The position numbers and the translations under genes were made by a program. Under the pieces are notes generated by a model. It was not told the DNA's origin, made no database searches, and worked only from the letters and a program-made list of their open reading frames with translations. Below are positions 26,816 to 39,535 of a stretch of DNA of 64,000 bases, piece after piece (position 1 is the stretch's first letter; each line of letters begins with the position of its first letter). The stretch is from Marsupella aquatica (taxonomy: Eukaryota; Plantae; Marchantiophyta), in assembly GCA_973895155.1 (NCBI GenBank), contig OZ316892.1:19665869-19729868 (forward strand), given 5' to 3'.

Positions 26816-29800
26816 TTATTCACAAATAATGTAAAACTATAATATTAATTTTAAAAATATCAATATATTTAATAAAAAATATATAATTATTATAAAATAT
26901 TAAATGGTAATGAGCACGGAGAATTGATGCACAGAAGTAGTGTGTGACCTAGTGGTATTGGAGGTCAGTTGAGACTAAGACGTGGCGTGTTAAAGGCACA
27001 CGATGGGCAACTTTTTTTTTCTTTGATTGAGGGCATGGAAAGGAATGAACTTTGGAGGGGGCGAGGGTGTCTCATTGTATTTAAAAATGAAAATGGTAAA
27101 TGAGATATATATGGTTCAAGTAGTTTGGAGATAGCAAAAATAACAAAGGAAACACCCATGAGAGCCAGGGAGATAAATTAACCTCTTTTGTTAATTTCCT
27201 ATACCTGCTCATTGTTGTGAGGTGCCAATCATGTTCCTGGTGGGTAGTTGCTTTCAGTTTTAGGAAGAATCCAACAAAAGAGGTTAGCACAAGAAGCCAA
27301 CAAAAGAGGTTAGAAGTCAAAAGGCAAACAATATTAGAGGTGGTGTTGACAAGAGAAGAAAAGCCTTGTGCAACAAGCTGAGAAACCAGTAAGACAAACG
27401 AAAGCCCCTATGAAAAAGGCACAAAAACCAACCCAGCACAAGGCCCCTATGAAGTCCAAAAGTGTGTGGTAGAGAAGACAACAGGGCCAGGAGTGGTAAG
27501 TGTGCTCCAATTGACAGGTTTTGAAAGTTTGCAAGGAATTGGTGCAAGCATGGGTCTGAATTCTTTGAGTGTCTTGACAAATGTGACAGCACCTTTGGTA
27601 CACTTGTTTCCCAGGGTAGCCAACTTAGACTATTTCCAACCTTGTATGTAGAAAAGATATGTGATTGAGTGATTAATTGTAGGGTGGTAGACTGCCGTTG
27701 GCTTCTAGGTTTTCTATTGATTTGAAAACAAATTTCATGAATAAAGTTTTGCTTCTTATACAATAAGATGTGTGCTTACCATAAATGGTTTTGGAGATAA
27801 ATGGTTTTTTATGTGATCATGTCTCCTCAACTTTTTTGTTGCTGCTATATGGCGCATCCTTGGTTCATATCCCCAAGTCCAATTTGTTTGGACATTATTT
27901 ACAGACCCCCATGGGAAGTTCCTTCCAAAATCCCTAGCACCACGTTGAGCCACATCAGCAGGAATGGCCACAAACAAGAAAATGTAGATGTGAAAGAAGA
28001 ACAAAACCTGATGGTTCGTGTTTGTGACAAGGCAAAAAAAACTGTCAATCCCGGTAACTGTAAAAATGATAAAAAAAACTGAAGAGTAAGTTGAAACAAA
28101 CAAAGAACGAGGTAAAGAGTAATTAACACTTGGAAGTTCTAGAATTGATATATCAGTGTTTGCATTAAATGTTAGATTTTCTCTAATTTTAAAAGATTTT
28201 TAAATAAACACTGCTAGAGGACATAGAAACAAACTGTTGGGCTTCAATTCCAAGATTTTGTAATAAGTATTTGGTGAAGTAACAAATTGTTGGGTTTCCA
28301 AAGTTTTGTAATAAATATTTGATAAAGTAAAAACAAACTGTTGGGTTTCCAAGCACTGGTAACTGCAGTAAGTTGTAGATGGTACGTTTTAGATAGCTTG
28401 AGATGACAAAGGGAATGGCTTGATGACTTGAGAAAACATGACAAAGCTAATGGCTACCCTTATACTCTTAGATCTGGCAATTTGCCCCCTCACCCAAGCC
28501 AGTTTTTGGTGAATTTAGTAGGAATATTAAATCACTCCTGCAAGTTACAAACAAATCCTGCTACTTATATTATTTGGCAATTCCTCCTACTAATAGATGG
28601 ATTGGGACACAGGGCACATCTGGGAAATTGATAAATCCAGGCAAACATGAAGGCAAACATTGATTTTTGATATTGGCAAGGGACTTTGTAGCTGAGGTGA
28701 ACAGTTCTGTTGACAGACATGACATGTCTTATGCACAAAATTCAATGATAAACACCAGTTTGTCTCTAAATATCAATGGTTTATAGTCTGAAAATCAACT
28801 TACACCTGAGCTTCAGAATATCATAACAAAATATCGAGTGAAGTTTTAAAGGAGTCTAGTTGGCCTTGACATTGATGCTACTGTTGAAGTGGCTCCTGAT
28901 ATTGGTGACCCAGGTGAAGAGCCAGCTCAACCCTTGGGGCTGTACAATGTCTTGCAAGGATGAGACACATGGGACAGATTGTAGGAGGTTGAAAAAAATG
29001 TTAGTTTGTAGCTTATGTGAGACAACATCTACTATTCATAGTTGATTAAAGTGAATCAAAGAGATCTTGTTTGCTCAATGTGTTTCAAGAGTACCCCAAA
29101 CTGCAAATGTGAGGAGGAGTTATAAATTTCTGAAGTTTGCTCAATATTTGAGTAGTATATGAAAGGAGTTATAAGTTTCTGAAGTTTTCTCAATGCTTGA
29201 ATGAGTAGTAAGTTTTGTAAATTGTAATCAAATATTTTGCACATTTTTAGCTTTTTTATAAGCAAATTTTAACTATTGTCCATTCTTTGTTTTTAACTTT
29301 AAGTATGTGTGACACTATTTGACTTGTGACCACAATTAGTGTCATACTATATTAGTGTCACACACCCTAATTACCATCACTTACCTCAAATATAACCTCA
29401 CAGTAATTAGAGTCTGTGAGACTACATACTGTAAAGAGTGTAGTTACCCTTGGAAATATTATAATGGATTAACTAGTAAAACATGCAAGCTGGGAAGCAA
29501 TGGGGAACCATTGGCCAAATGACACTAAGAGAAAATATCTCTTTTTGAATTATAAGTGACCTAGCAATACTTCAGTTGTTAGTGGCCTATAGGTGTCATG
29601 CTAATTACAAGAGATTTAATCCCAAGATTTTTATAGATTACATAAAGACATGTTAGTGACTAGTCAAACACTGAATCATGTAAATGTTACTGACTAGTCA
29701 AAAAGTCACTCATGTGACCATGGTAGGTGAGTCCTAAGGAAGTCATATAAATGTAGAAGTAGACTTTAGTTGCAAGACATCAGTATACCTTACACCCATT

Positions 29801-30779
29801 TCATGCAAACTAATTTAGACTACACATTTTTTCATGTACACTTGTGAAATAGTGTTTGAATTATTTGTATACCAACACTATATCTAATCACAACATTTAG
29901 TGTTATATCCATTGCTTTTCTAGGTCCACAGGCATAACAAAGTTACAACTTGAGAATTCCTCCAAGCACTATTCTTCCTCCTTCAACTTCTTCCCTCCTT
30001 TTGTATTTCAAACTTGTCTTTCTCAATGAATGTATTGCTCACTATGTTAGGGTACAAGGCCTTGGGGGCAGTTTCATTGTTTTTTCACCAGAGCTAATTA
30101 ATCTATCAGCCATGTAACATCCTAAAGCTAGATAGTGTACCAGGGCTCAAAAGGAAAGTCTAGAATTATTTCGTGGTCGCTCGTTTATTCAGAATTTATG
30201 CAGGTCTTTAGTGGAGTCTTCTCTATCTAATCACAGTTCACGTGCTTTTGATTCAAGGTAAGATCCATCCAAAATGTTCCTTTCTTAATGCCCTTTGCAA
30301 GTTTTCCATTTGTATTTTTCAGGACATTCTTGGAGCATTATGCCCACCACAAGATCTGGATCACCTCTTGAGTAAGATTGTCCATTACTTTCACTAAATC
30401 AAGAAAAAATAAAATCTCTCAAGCCTTTCAATATAATAAGGTTTTATTTGCCAAACCATTAGGGAAACAACCCCTGCAAATGCAAGCTAAAGCTCTCATT
30501 TTTTGGTCATATTCCATAATGCCAACTAAACATGACTTTACTACATACTTCTAAAGTCTATTTTTTGCCTTCAATATTGTGTTTGGTTTTTTATGGTTTA
30601 CTGGATTTTAATGATCCATGCTCCATATTTTTCAATATGGATGCTAAGGCCAGTTGTTCTTGAATATTTTCCAGAAGAGTTGACATTATTTGCTCAATAA
30701 TCTTGGAAACTTTTAGTCAATTTTATCAATGCATATGTAGTCGTATAAAATTCAGGAGTCGTAGTGTTTCTTAAGTCAA

Positions 30780-31700
30780 ATTTTGATTCTAAGCTTGGTT
30801 TCCCTGAAACTTTGCCAACATAGTCGTGGCTCTTTCTTCCAAAATCTGGCAAAGTTTGAGTGCATTCCATGCAGCAAATGTTGCCCTACAAAATTTGAGT
30901 AACTCGCAGCTTTTTTTAGGTCAAATTTTATCGAGTTCATATCTCTTGATCGTTTTGTTTTTTCAGTTTCGATTCTGAACTCGGTTTTCCCTGAAACTTT
31001 GCCAGCACAGTCGTGACTCTTTCTTCTAAAATCTGGTAAAGTTTGAGTGCATTCTGTGCAGCAAATGTTGCCCTACGAAATTCGAGCAACTCGCAGCTAT
31101 TTTTAGGTCAAATTTTATCGAGTTTGTATCTCTTGATCGTTTTGTTTTTTCAGTTTCAATTCTGAGCTCGGTTTTCCCTGAAACTTTGCCAGCACGGTCG
31201 TGACTCTTTCTTCTAAAATCTGGCAAAGTTTGAGTGCATTCTGTGCAGCAAATGTTGCCCTACGAAATTCGAGCAACTCACAGCTATTTTTAGGTCAAAT
31301 TTTATCGAGTTCGTATCTGTTGATCGTTTTGTTTTTTCAGTTTCAATTCTGAGCTCGGTTTTCCCTGAAACTTTGCCAGCACGGTCGTGACTCTTTCTTC
31401 TAAGATCTGGGAAAGTTTGAGTGCATCCTGTGCAGCAAATGTTGCCCTACGAAATTCGAGCAACTCGCAACTTTTTTTAGGTCAAATTTTGTCGAGTTTG
31501 TATCTCTTGATCGTTTTGTTTTTTTAGTTTCGATTCTGAGCTCGGTTTTCCTTGAAACTTTGCCAGCACAGTCGTGACTCTTTCTTCTAAGATCTGGCAA
31601 AGTTTGAGTGCATTCTGTGCAGCAAATGTTGCCCTACAAAATTTGAGCAACTCGCAGCATTTTTTAGGTGTCATTTTCTGGCAAAGTTTGAGTGCATTTC
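30780..31700. repeat. 187-bp tandem array, ~5 copies
   Basis: GATTCTGAGCTCGGTTTTCCCTGAAACTTTGCCAGCAC...GCAGCAAATGTTGCCCTAC recurs every 187 bp. Near-identical ORF translations at 31026 and 31400 are 374 bp apart. Confidence 0.95.
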
Positions 31701-32278
31701 ATCATGAGAATGCTGCCCTAGAAAATCTGAGAGAGTGACAGGTTTCCTTAGGTCCAATACTATCGATTTCAATCTCCCGATCACCATGGCGTTTGACAAG
31801 ACCACCACCATTGTTGATGTGGATGTTCTATTCACAATCTTCAACGGAGAAAGATTTGTAAGTGAAATAATGCTTTCTGAATTTATCTCTTTGGATTAGG
31901 TTATGTTATTTCAGTTTGTTTGTCCATGAGCTCATTATGCCCTGTCTGTTACAAGTCGCTTTTACAGATGCAACGTTGACTCTAAAATCAAGTCTCCCAT
32001 TGCTAAGTTCGTGCACTGGATGACACCCTACTTGATACACCGTATCTTCAATTTTTAGGTATGTTACATACTACCATAGGAGAAATCTTTGTGATTCACA
32101 TTTTGTATGGTGGGCTAATGTTACCTTTGAATGTGGCTGCTTGCCGTCCAACATAATTTTTGAACTCGGATGACAAGAATTCATTCTAAATTTAAGCTTT
32201 TTCCTAGGTCATAGTCTTTCTATTGCACATAGTTTGACAAATCATTGAGAATTTAAATCATTTTACAGGTTACTCAAT

Positions 32279-33976
32279 ATGGAAGGACTGAAAGACAAAA
32301 TAAAAAAAAGAAGAAGTGAGACTCCAATTCTAAAGGTAAGATATTTTCTCACTACTAATATACTTTGAGATCATAAAATGTTTGGAATATATTTGAAACC
32401 AGTACACATTTTGTGAGGCCAATTCATTGTCAGGTGAATATATTGATCGTTGACCTACTGGGGGGCGTGACTTCCCGTATAGTGGAAGAAACCTCATTAT
32501 CCGGTGGCCGATACAGTCTATATTCTATGGCTATGTTTTGTGTCCGAAATGTTTAGCATATATTTGATACTCATCGTAGGTTTATATTTGTTATTATTAC
32601 TGCAAATTTAAGATGAAACTCGTTTTTCTTTTATAGGGCAAAAAAACAGTGAAGGTATCTTCCGAGAGGTTCTCTGCAGCATCTCTTTATTTCTGTGAAA
32701 TCATCAAGCTTGCTCAAAAAGCTGGCGGGAAAGCAGGACATTTTCATACAAAAATTCTCTGTAAGTGGTTGTTAGGCGAATACTATCTTTTCGAATATGG
32801 AGTACAGATATTATCCGAGGGAAACCTAAAAGGAAATCAGTCAACCTTTTTTATGGTTTTCACAGTTTAAGAAGAGATGGAAGTTGGATTGCTTGGTTTG
32901 ATGAAAAAGAATGGAGTAGCATCAATCATATGATAATGAATCGTTACAATCTATCATCTGTTGGGAGAGGCTTATCAGATCGGATACAGAAGTTCCGAAC
33001 TGATCCAGACATGTATCTAAGAAGTAAGAAAGATCATTACCAGAAATTTGGAAAATCCCGTATAAAGTTTACAAATTTCACCAAGAAATCTTCCAATTTT
33101 GTTGGTAGATTTTCCTCCAGCTATTTGATTGAGGAAGATTTGGAAACACCTTGGGCAAATCGAATTATAGTCTGGAGACCGATGATCGAGCCTTTCTACA
33201 AGATGAATATTTCATCAAGAGTGGAGATTTGGATGGATGGTGATGAAATCATTGGAGGTCGGATGAAAGGAGGTGTTCCAGAGAAAGATAGATCTTTTGT
33301 TCAGTTGTTTGTGGAAGAAATATGGAATGATAAATATACAGTGAAGAGGTCAGATACACGATCTGCATTGAAAAATGTCATGAGGGCAATTGGCCCATTA
33401 GTGAACTGGCGAGAAGGGAAAGGTAATCATTTTGTGAGCTTCTACCGTAACAAGTTGAAGATATCACAAACACAGGATCCTACTGTGGTTCAATTAGAAT
33501 TGCTCTATGAGCAATGTGCACATCGATTACTGTTTGAAATTATTTTTGTTCTTTTCTGTGAACACTTTTGGCCAGTGGTGGAGAGTTTTATTGAGATTAT
33601 GCCTCCAATGATGGAACTTAGCAGTGAGCTTTTGGCTTGTTTTTCAAAGCCTGAACTCATGAAAAAAGCCATTCCTGCATATCCTTTATTCATCACAAAG
33701 GATTATTGCAATGAAGTTCATACAGATGTAGATGAAAGCGAGTTTACAATGTTCATGGCATGTAATCCATCGAATGAAAGTAGAGGTGGAGATTTAGTGA
33801 TGCTAAAATATGGAATTAAAATTCCAATTTTAGATGGAGATTTGTTTTTTGTTCGGGGTCAAGATCCTCATGCTACATCGTATAGAAGTCCACCAATGAA
33901 ACCAGTATATGTAGTTGGAATTGCCGTAAACCAAAAACTTGGCAATGCTTATGAGTTTCAAGGTGAAAGTAATTAA
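32279..33976 (+). CDS. TET/JBP-like Fe(II)-dependent dioxygenase (double-stranded beta-helix fold), one frameshift
   Basis: Exon 32279-32335 (MEGLKDKIKKRRSETPILK) splices in phase to 32637. A frameshift lies in the T6 run at ~32847-32852. The C-terminal domain reads YCNEVHTDVDE...GGDLVMLKYGIKIPILDGDLFFVRGQDPHAT (HxD...H). Confidence 0.7.
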
Positions 33977-34417
33977 ATAAATTTTGTGATACACTAAGAT
34001 TAGCTATGCGGGTTTTCTTTTGGTCTATTTTTTGTTTATTATTATGGTGGATTTGGTTATAATGGTGTACTATATAATTATATCCTCATGCTAAAGTTTT
34101 TAGTTTATCTTCTTGTTATAGAATTTTTGTTCATTGGTGCTTGTGGCTGTAATATGACTTGTGAGTTTTTAATAGGTTCAAGAAAGCCAATGAAAATTTT
34201 GAAAATGTCATCTGCTTCCAAATTGGGAATCATCAACAATTGTTTATGAACAGGCAGTGTTGGGGCCAAGCTTACAAGAGCAATAGTCCATTGTTGTAGA
34301 AAACAAAAATTGAATGACTACTGTTATTTGTATTTGTATATGGTTGCAGGTGTTAAAATTGTTAGTTGATGAAACTGTGGAGTATAATCTATACTCAACC
34401 CACGCTGGACAATCAAT

Positions 34418-36067
34418 ATGAATGATCCAGATTTTCAACAGTATACAGATGTAAAAAGAGCTCTCGACCTAGGGTACACTATGAATGAATGTGCAGATGC
34501 ACTTGGTGTACATAGAGTGACTCTATGGAAATACCTCAAAAACTTTGATATTGAGCATAGAATATATCCCCGATATACTTTAGAAGATGTTTGCTCTCTT
34601 ATTACTGAGATTGTATCAATCCATGGATATGCTGAAGATTGGGGAATACGTTTCGTTAGAGCACGTTTAAAAAGGGCTGGTTATAAAATCTCACTAGCAC
34701 TTGTCAGAAATGCTTTGGACACATTACTTCCTGGTGTACTTGAAGGAAGGGCACGAAGATGCATCATAAGAAGGTTTTATGATGTAATTGAGCCAATGCA
34801 TCTGTGGCATATGGATTGTAAGTAGAACATCTATGTCTCTTCTAAATTTTTCCTACTTTTAATTTGAAGTTAACTTTAGAATAGATCCTCAATACTAATA
34901 GATTGTTTGGAAATTGAATGCAGCATATGATAAATTGACGCAATGGGGATTCAGAATTCATGGTGCAATTGATGGGGCTACACACTTTGTTCCATGGATG
35001 CATGTGGCATTGAACAAGAAAGCGCAGACTCTATATGTGGGATATAAGACAGCCATACTTAGATTTGGTCATCCATTGATGATTCGTTCTGATTATGCAA
35101 CAGAGCATGTTTTGGTAAGAAGAAACCTTGAAAGAGCAAGACCAAACACAAATTGTTTTCGCACGGGGTCTTCTATTCATAATCAGGTAATGTTTCTGAT
35201 TAAAACATATAGAGTGGTTCATTTCATATTTCATGTCATCAATTGCAGCTTGGAAATTCTGTAAATTTGAAATCAATTTTGTGCAGGTACTTATATTTGT
35301 ATCCTATCATATGTTTTGGCAGAGAATTGAGGCATTTTGGAACTACATGAAACAAAAAGGAACTAATCACTTCAAGAAGACTTTATATGACTTATCATGT
35401 GTGGAAGGATTTTTACAAATTGATATCCCACTTCATAGATATTGTATGGTTACTGTGATTCTTCCTTTACTGCAAGAGGCTGTAAATGATGTGGTTTTAA
35501 CATGGAATGCACATATTGTGAGAGCTGTGCGGACTGGAGGTATGTTGAGACCATCACATATTCCAGAACTTGCATTTCAATCACGAGAAAGAGAAGCTAG
35601 AATTATTCAGCCTCCACCTTATGCCGAAGAAGCTCAGGTGGATATCGAACAAGAAGATGACATCATCGATCCAATGGGAATTGATTATTGGAATCACAAC
35701 AATGATCGTGGAAACTTTGAAGATCGCATAAACGATTTGAATGATGAAGTAAGCATTGTTTTGTATTATTATTAATGTTCATGTGAATTATGAAATGATG
35801 ATATAAGATGCCCTTATTCATGTTTTATTTCTTTTGCAAAATCTACAATACATTCGTGATATTGCATATGAAAGAAACCAAGTGACAGTCACAACTGCAA
35901 AAGACAAATTGCGAATGCATCTTCTTCTTTCTATAGAGTGTCAAAATAGTATGGACGCTTCATTGGACTTGGAGGACTATGTACAAAATGAATTAGGGCT
36001 ACCTAATTTGTCAGATGATAGATTATGGGCCTTAAGATCCTTGCAACAAACATTACAGATTATATGA
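34418..36067 (+). CDS. HTH + integrase-core DDE transposase (IS3/IS481 fold, IS3EU-like), 438 aa if spliced
   Basis: Exons 34418-34817, 34924-35186, 35323-35748 and 35840-36067 are all in phase. HTH is GYTMNECADALGVHRVTLWKYL. The catalytic triad lies in WHMDSYDKL..WGFRIHGAIDG, IRSDYATE and GSSIHNQRIEAFW. The last acceptor reads CAA instead of CAG. Confidence 0.92.
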
Positions 36068-36199
36068 CTGACACAATATGTGAGGTAATATAATAGTTTA
36101 CCAGTGACACAAACACTTCTTCTTGAGGCTTTAGCAATATTCGAAGAAATTATTTTCTAGTCTATTGGCTTAAGAGATACTTGTTCAAGTTTTGAGCCC

Positions 36200-38580
36200 A
36201 TAATTTTGCTCTCATCCTAGTATTTAACCTAGCTTTGGACCCTTGTCTGAAAATGCCAATAATTAAATCCTTGATTTTTTTTCATAAATTTGCATCCAAG
36301 ACTAAGCATGCCTGGTATTTTGATTCCAAATCCACTTTCACATTGTTGGTTTGAAATCTCCTTGGCCAGTTGTAGTGGGGCAAGTTGATTCAAGTCCTTT
36401 GTATTTTGTTATAATGGTCCTCCTATTTACCCTAACTTTGGACCCTAACTAGCTTGTCTCAAAAAAATGCCAAGAACAAATCCTCAATATTTTGTTGTGT
36501 ATTTATAGCATAGACTGAGCCCAATTAACATTGTGATTCAAAATCCACTTACACTTTGAAGGTTAAATCTTTCCTAATGGTGGTGGTGGAGCAAGTTTGT
36601 GATCTACCTTTGTATTTTTTGTCATGGTAGTCCCATTTACCCTACCTTTGGACCCTTGACTTAGACAATGTCAAGAAATAAATCTTCATTAATGTAATGT
36701 GTATTTACACCCTAGACTAAGCCCAGGACCAAGCTTGACCTGGTGATTCCAACTTTGCTCTCACTTTGTGGGTTCCATCTTTCTTTGCTCACTTGTGTGG
36801 TGGAGCTATTTTCTTTATTGTCCTAAGTTGTATTTTTGTTATTTACTCGCAGTGACCCTAGCTTTAGACCCAACCCAGCTTGTCTGAAGAAACCAGATCC
36901 TTATAACTTGTTTATGTTGTACACCCTCCATTTACAATGATTGTTGTCATTGGACAAGCTCTCATTTTGTTGGTTTCACCTTTTTTAAGTCACTTCTGTA
37001 GTGGTGCAAGAGTATTCAAGTCATTTCTATATTTTGCTCCAGGAGAGTTTATTGTCCTTTAGGCCCTTGTATCAAAATGCCAAACGTCAAATCCTCATAA
37101 TTTTGTCACAAGTTCACACCCTGGACTAAGCATGGTATTTTCATTCATAATTTGCCTGTCACATTGCTGGTTTGACATTTTCTTGGTCAGTTGTGTGGTG
37201 GATCAAGTTTGTTCTCATCCTTTGTATTTTGGATATGATCTTCTCATTTACCCTACCTTTAGACCTTGATTGAGAAAAATCCCAAGATACAAATCCCCAT
37301 AATTTTGTTGAGTATTTACACCCTTAGTAGACTGAGCCTGGCTTGGGTCATTCCAAATCCACTCTCACTTTGCTGGTTCAGCATTTTCTTGGCCAGTTAT
37401 GTACCATGACAAGTATACACAGTACCATGACAAGTATACAATAAATGGAGAAATTTACTTGTCATGGTCTTGGCCAGTTATGTACCATGACAAGTATACA
37501 AAGTTAGGGTTAAATGGGAAGACCATGACAAGTAAATTTCTCCATTTATTTACACCTTTGATTGAGTCTGGTTTGGTGATCTCAAACCCACTTTTATTTT
37601 GCTGGTTGCACATTTTCTTGGGCAGTTGTGGGATGGAGCTCGCTTATTTAAGTCCTTGGTATTTGTGTTATGGTTCTCCCATTTACCCTACTTGACTTTG
37701 GGCCTTTGTCATAGAAAAATGCCAAGAAACAAATGCTCATGGTTTTTTTTTTTGCATTTACACCTCATGCTCATAATGTGAATCAAAATCAGTTCTTGAT
37801 TTCATTTTTCCTTAGTTAGCTATGTGAGGGAGCAAGTTTGTTCACGTTCTTTGTATTTTGGTGAATGATGATCCTTCCATTTACCCCACTTAACTTTGGA
37901 GCCTTGTCTAAGAAAAATGCCAAGAAACAAATTCACATGATTTCTTTGTGTATTTACCCCTAAGGCTAAGCCTGATATTGTGATTTGAAATGTGCTCTCA
38001 CTTTATTGGTTTCATTTTTCATAAGTCAGTTGTGTAGGGGAGAAAGTCATTTGTATTTGGTTAATATGAGCTTCCCATTTACCTTAGCTTTGGATCTTTC
38101 TTTCAAAAAAATGTCAAGAAGCAAATTAACATAACTTTTTACACCCTAGATTTAGTGGGCCTTGGTGATTCCAAATTTGTTCCCACTTTGCTGTCAGTTT
38201 GACATTTCTTTGGCCAATTGTGTGGTGGTGCAGGTCAATTCAAGTCCTTTGCATTTTTGTTGTGCTCTTCCCATTTACCCTAGCTGTGGACCATTGTCTT
38301 AATAAAATGCTGAGAAACAAATCGTCATATTTTCTTTGTGTATTTACACCATAGAGCGATACCCAAATGTGTTCAAGTTATTTGTATTTCTAAACAGTGT
38401 TGGTATTTACTCTAGTCTGGACCCCTTTGAAAGAAATTGCCAAATAATAAATGCTGATAGTTTCTTTGTGTATTTTTTAAGAGACACAGCATGACCGACC
38501 TTGTGATCGCAAATTGGTCCTGACTTTGGTGGTTCTACCTTTCCTTGAACTGTTGTTGTTGTGGAGCAAGTATGTTGAAG
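36200..38580. repeat. Degenerate ~200-bp tandem array, ~11-12 copies
   Basis: Recurrent blocks CCATTTACCCTAGCTTTGGACCC, AAAATGCCAAGAAACAAAT, GTGTATTTACACCCTAGACT and TGTGATTCCAAATCCACT at ~200-bp spacing. Confidence 0.85.
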
Positions 38581-39509
38581 CCTTAGTTACGCCTTTTTTT
38601 CTATGGTGATGGTTAGTCATAAAATATGGTTAAGGTTAATGTTTACAAAACTAACTTATTTATCAATTAGTTATGAATTAAAGTGTCAATGGACCAGGGT
38701 AGTATGAACAAAGTATCATGAGGGTTTGATGTGAAGGGGGTTCCAAGAAACACAGATAGATAGCGATAGACCACATTATCCTTACCAGAATAAAAGTTAT
38801 TTTTTTAATAAAATGAGTTAAGTTCATATAGTCATCTGGGCATTTTGTTAAGCATTTAAGTGCATGAGTTTTAATTAGTTCCTATTTATTCCCTATTTAG
38901 AAATTGGATAATCGGTTTTTCAATGTGTACAGTAGTTTGTTCAATGAATCACTCCCCCCCCCCCCAAAAAAAAAAAAAAACTCCCGCTTGAAAACTATTG
39001 CATGTTTCTCTCTTGAGAATGAAAACCATTTTTTAGTTCTCTAAAATAAAATAAAACCTTGGTGGTGGTGTATATTTTGTGTGTTATTTTTTCTGGATGT
39101 GCATTGTTTTTTGGGGTGACTTTTCCGGGAGAAGGTATTTTTTCCGTGAAATTTGTTCTCCCTTCAAAATGCTCCATTTTTGTTATTCCCCTAACTATCA
39201 TTTGGAGTAAAACCTTTTACTTTCTCCAATATCTCAAAATGAATTTTCTCTGTAGAATATTTTGAATTTTTTTACTCTTTATTGAATGCTTCAAATATTT
39301 CTCACCTTATGTTATTTCCAATTTTTTCCAATGTTGTGTTTGAGAAGAAAAATTATAATTACACTATGTAGTGACCCATTTGATTATTTTTACGCATTAC
39401 TAGTTATGTAATTCTGTTTTTCTCCCTTTATCTTTCCAGTTCCGAATCCTCTCTTTTCAGACTCTTTTCCGCAGATATTTTCTCTCGGTTCAACTTTTTA
39501 GCAGATTTT

Positions 39510-39535
39510 CTCCCCGCAACATTTCAAACACCGTA
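39510..39535 (-). repeat. Right TIR of the giant transposon
   Basis: CTCCCCGCAACATTTCAAACACCGTA (reverse complement TACGGTGTTTGAAATGTTGCGGGGAG), followed by GAGGC. Confidence 0.92.

Larger units (their letters stand above)
17550..39535 (+). mobile_element. Giant (21,986 bp) IS3EU-like DNA transposon carrying TET/JBP-like dioxygenase and HECT E3 ligase genes
   Basis: 26-bp TIRs (24/26 identical), GAGGC direct repeat immediately outside both ends (17545-17549 and 39536-39540), and an internal DDE transposase gene. Confidence 0.9.

Noticed and set aside
27200-28130. Lys/Pro-rich stretch as a fourth cargo gene
   Set aside because: Multiple stops and no recognisable domain or coherent exon chain.
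30780-31700. CRISPR-like or coding interpretation of the 187-bp array (ORFs 31026-31226, 31400-31600)
   Set aside because: There are no unique spacers, and the period is not a multiple of 3, so the ORFs are by-products of the repeat.
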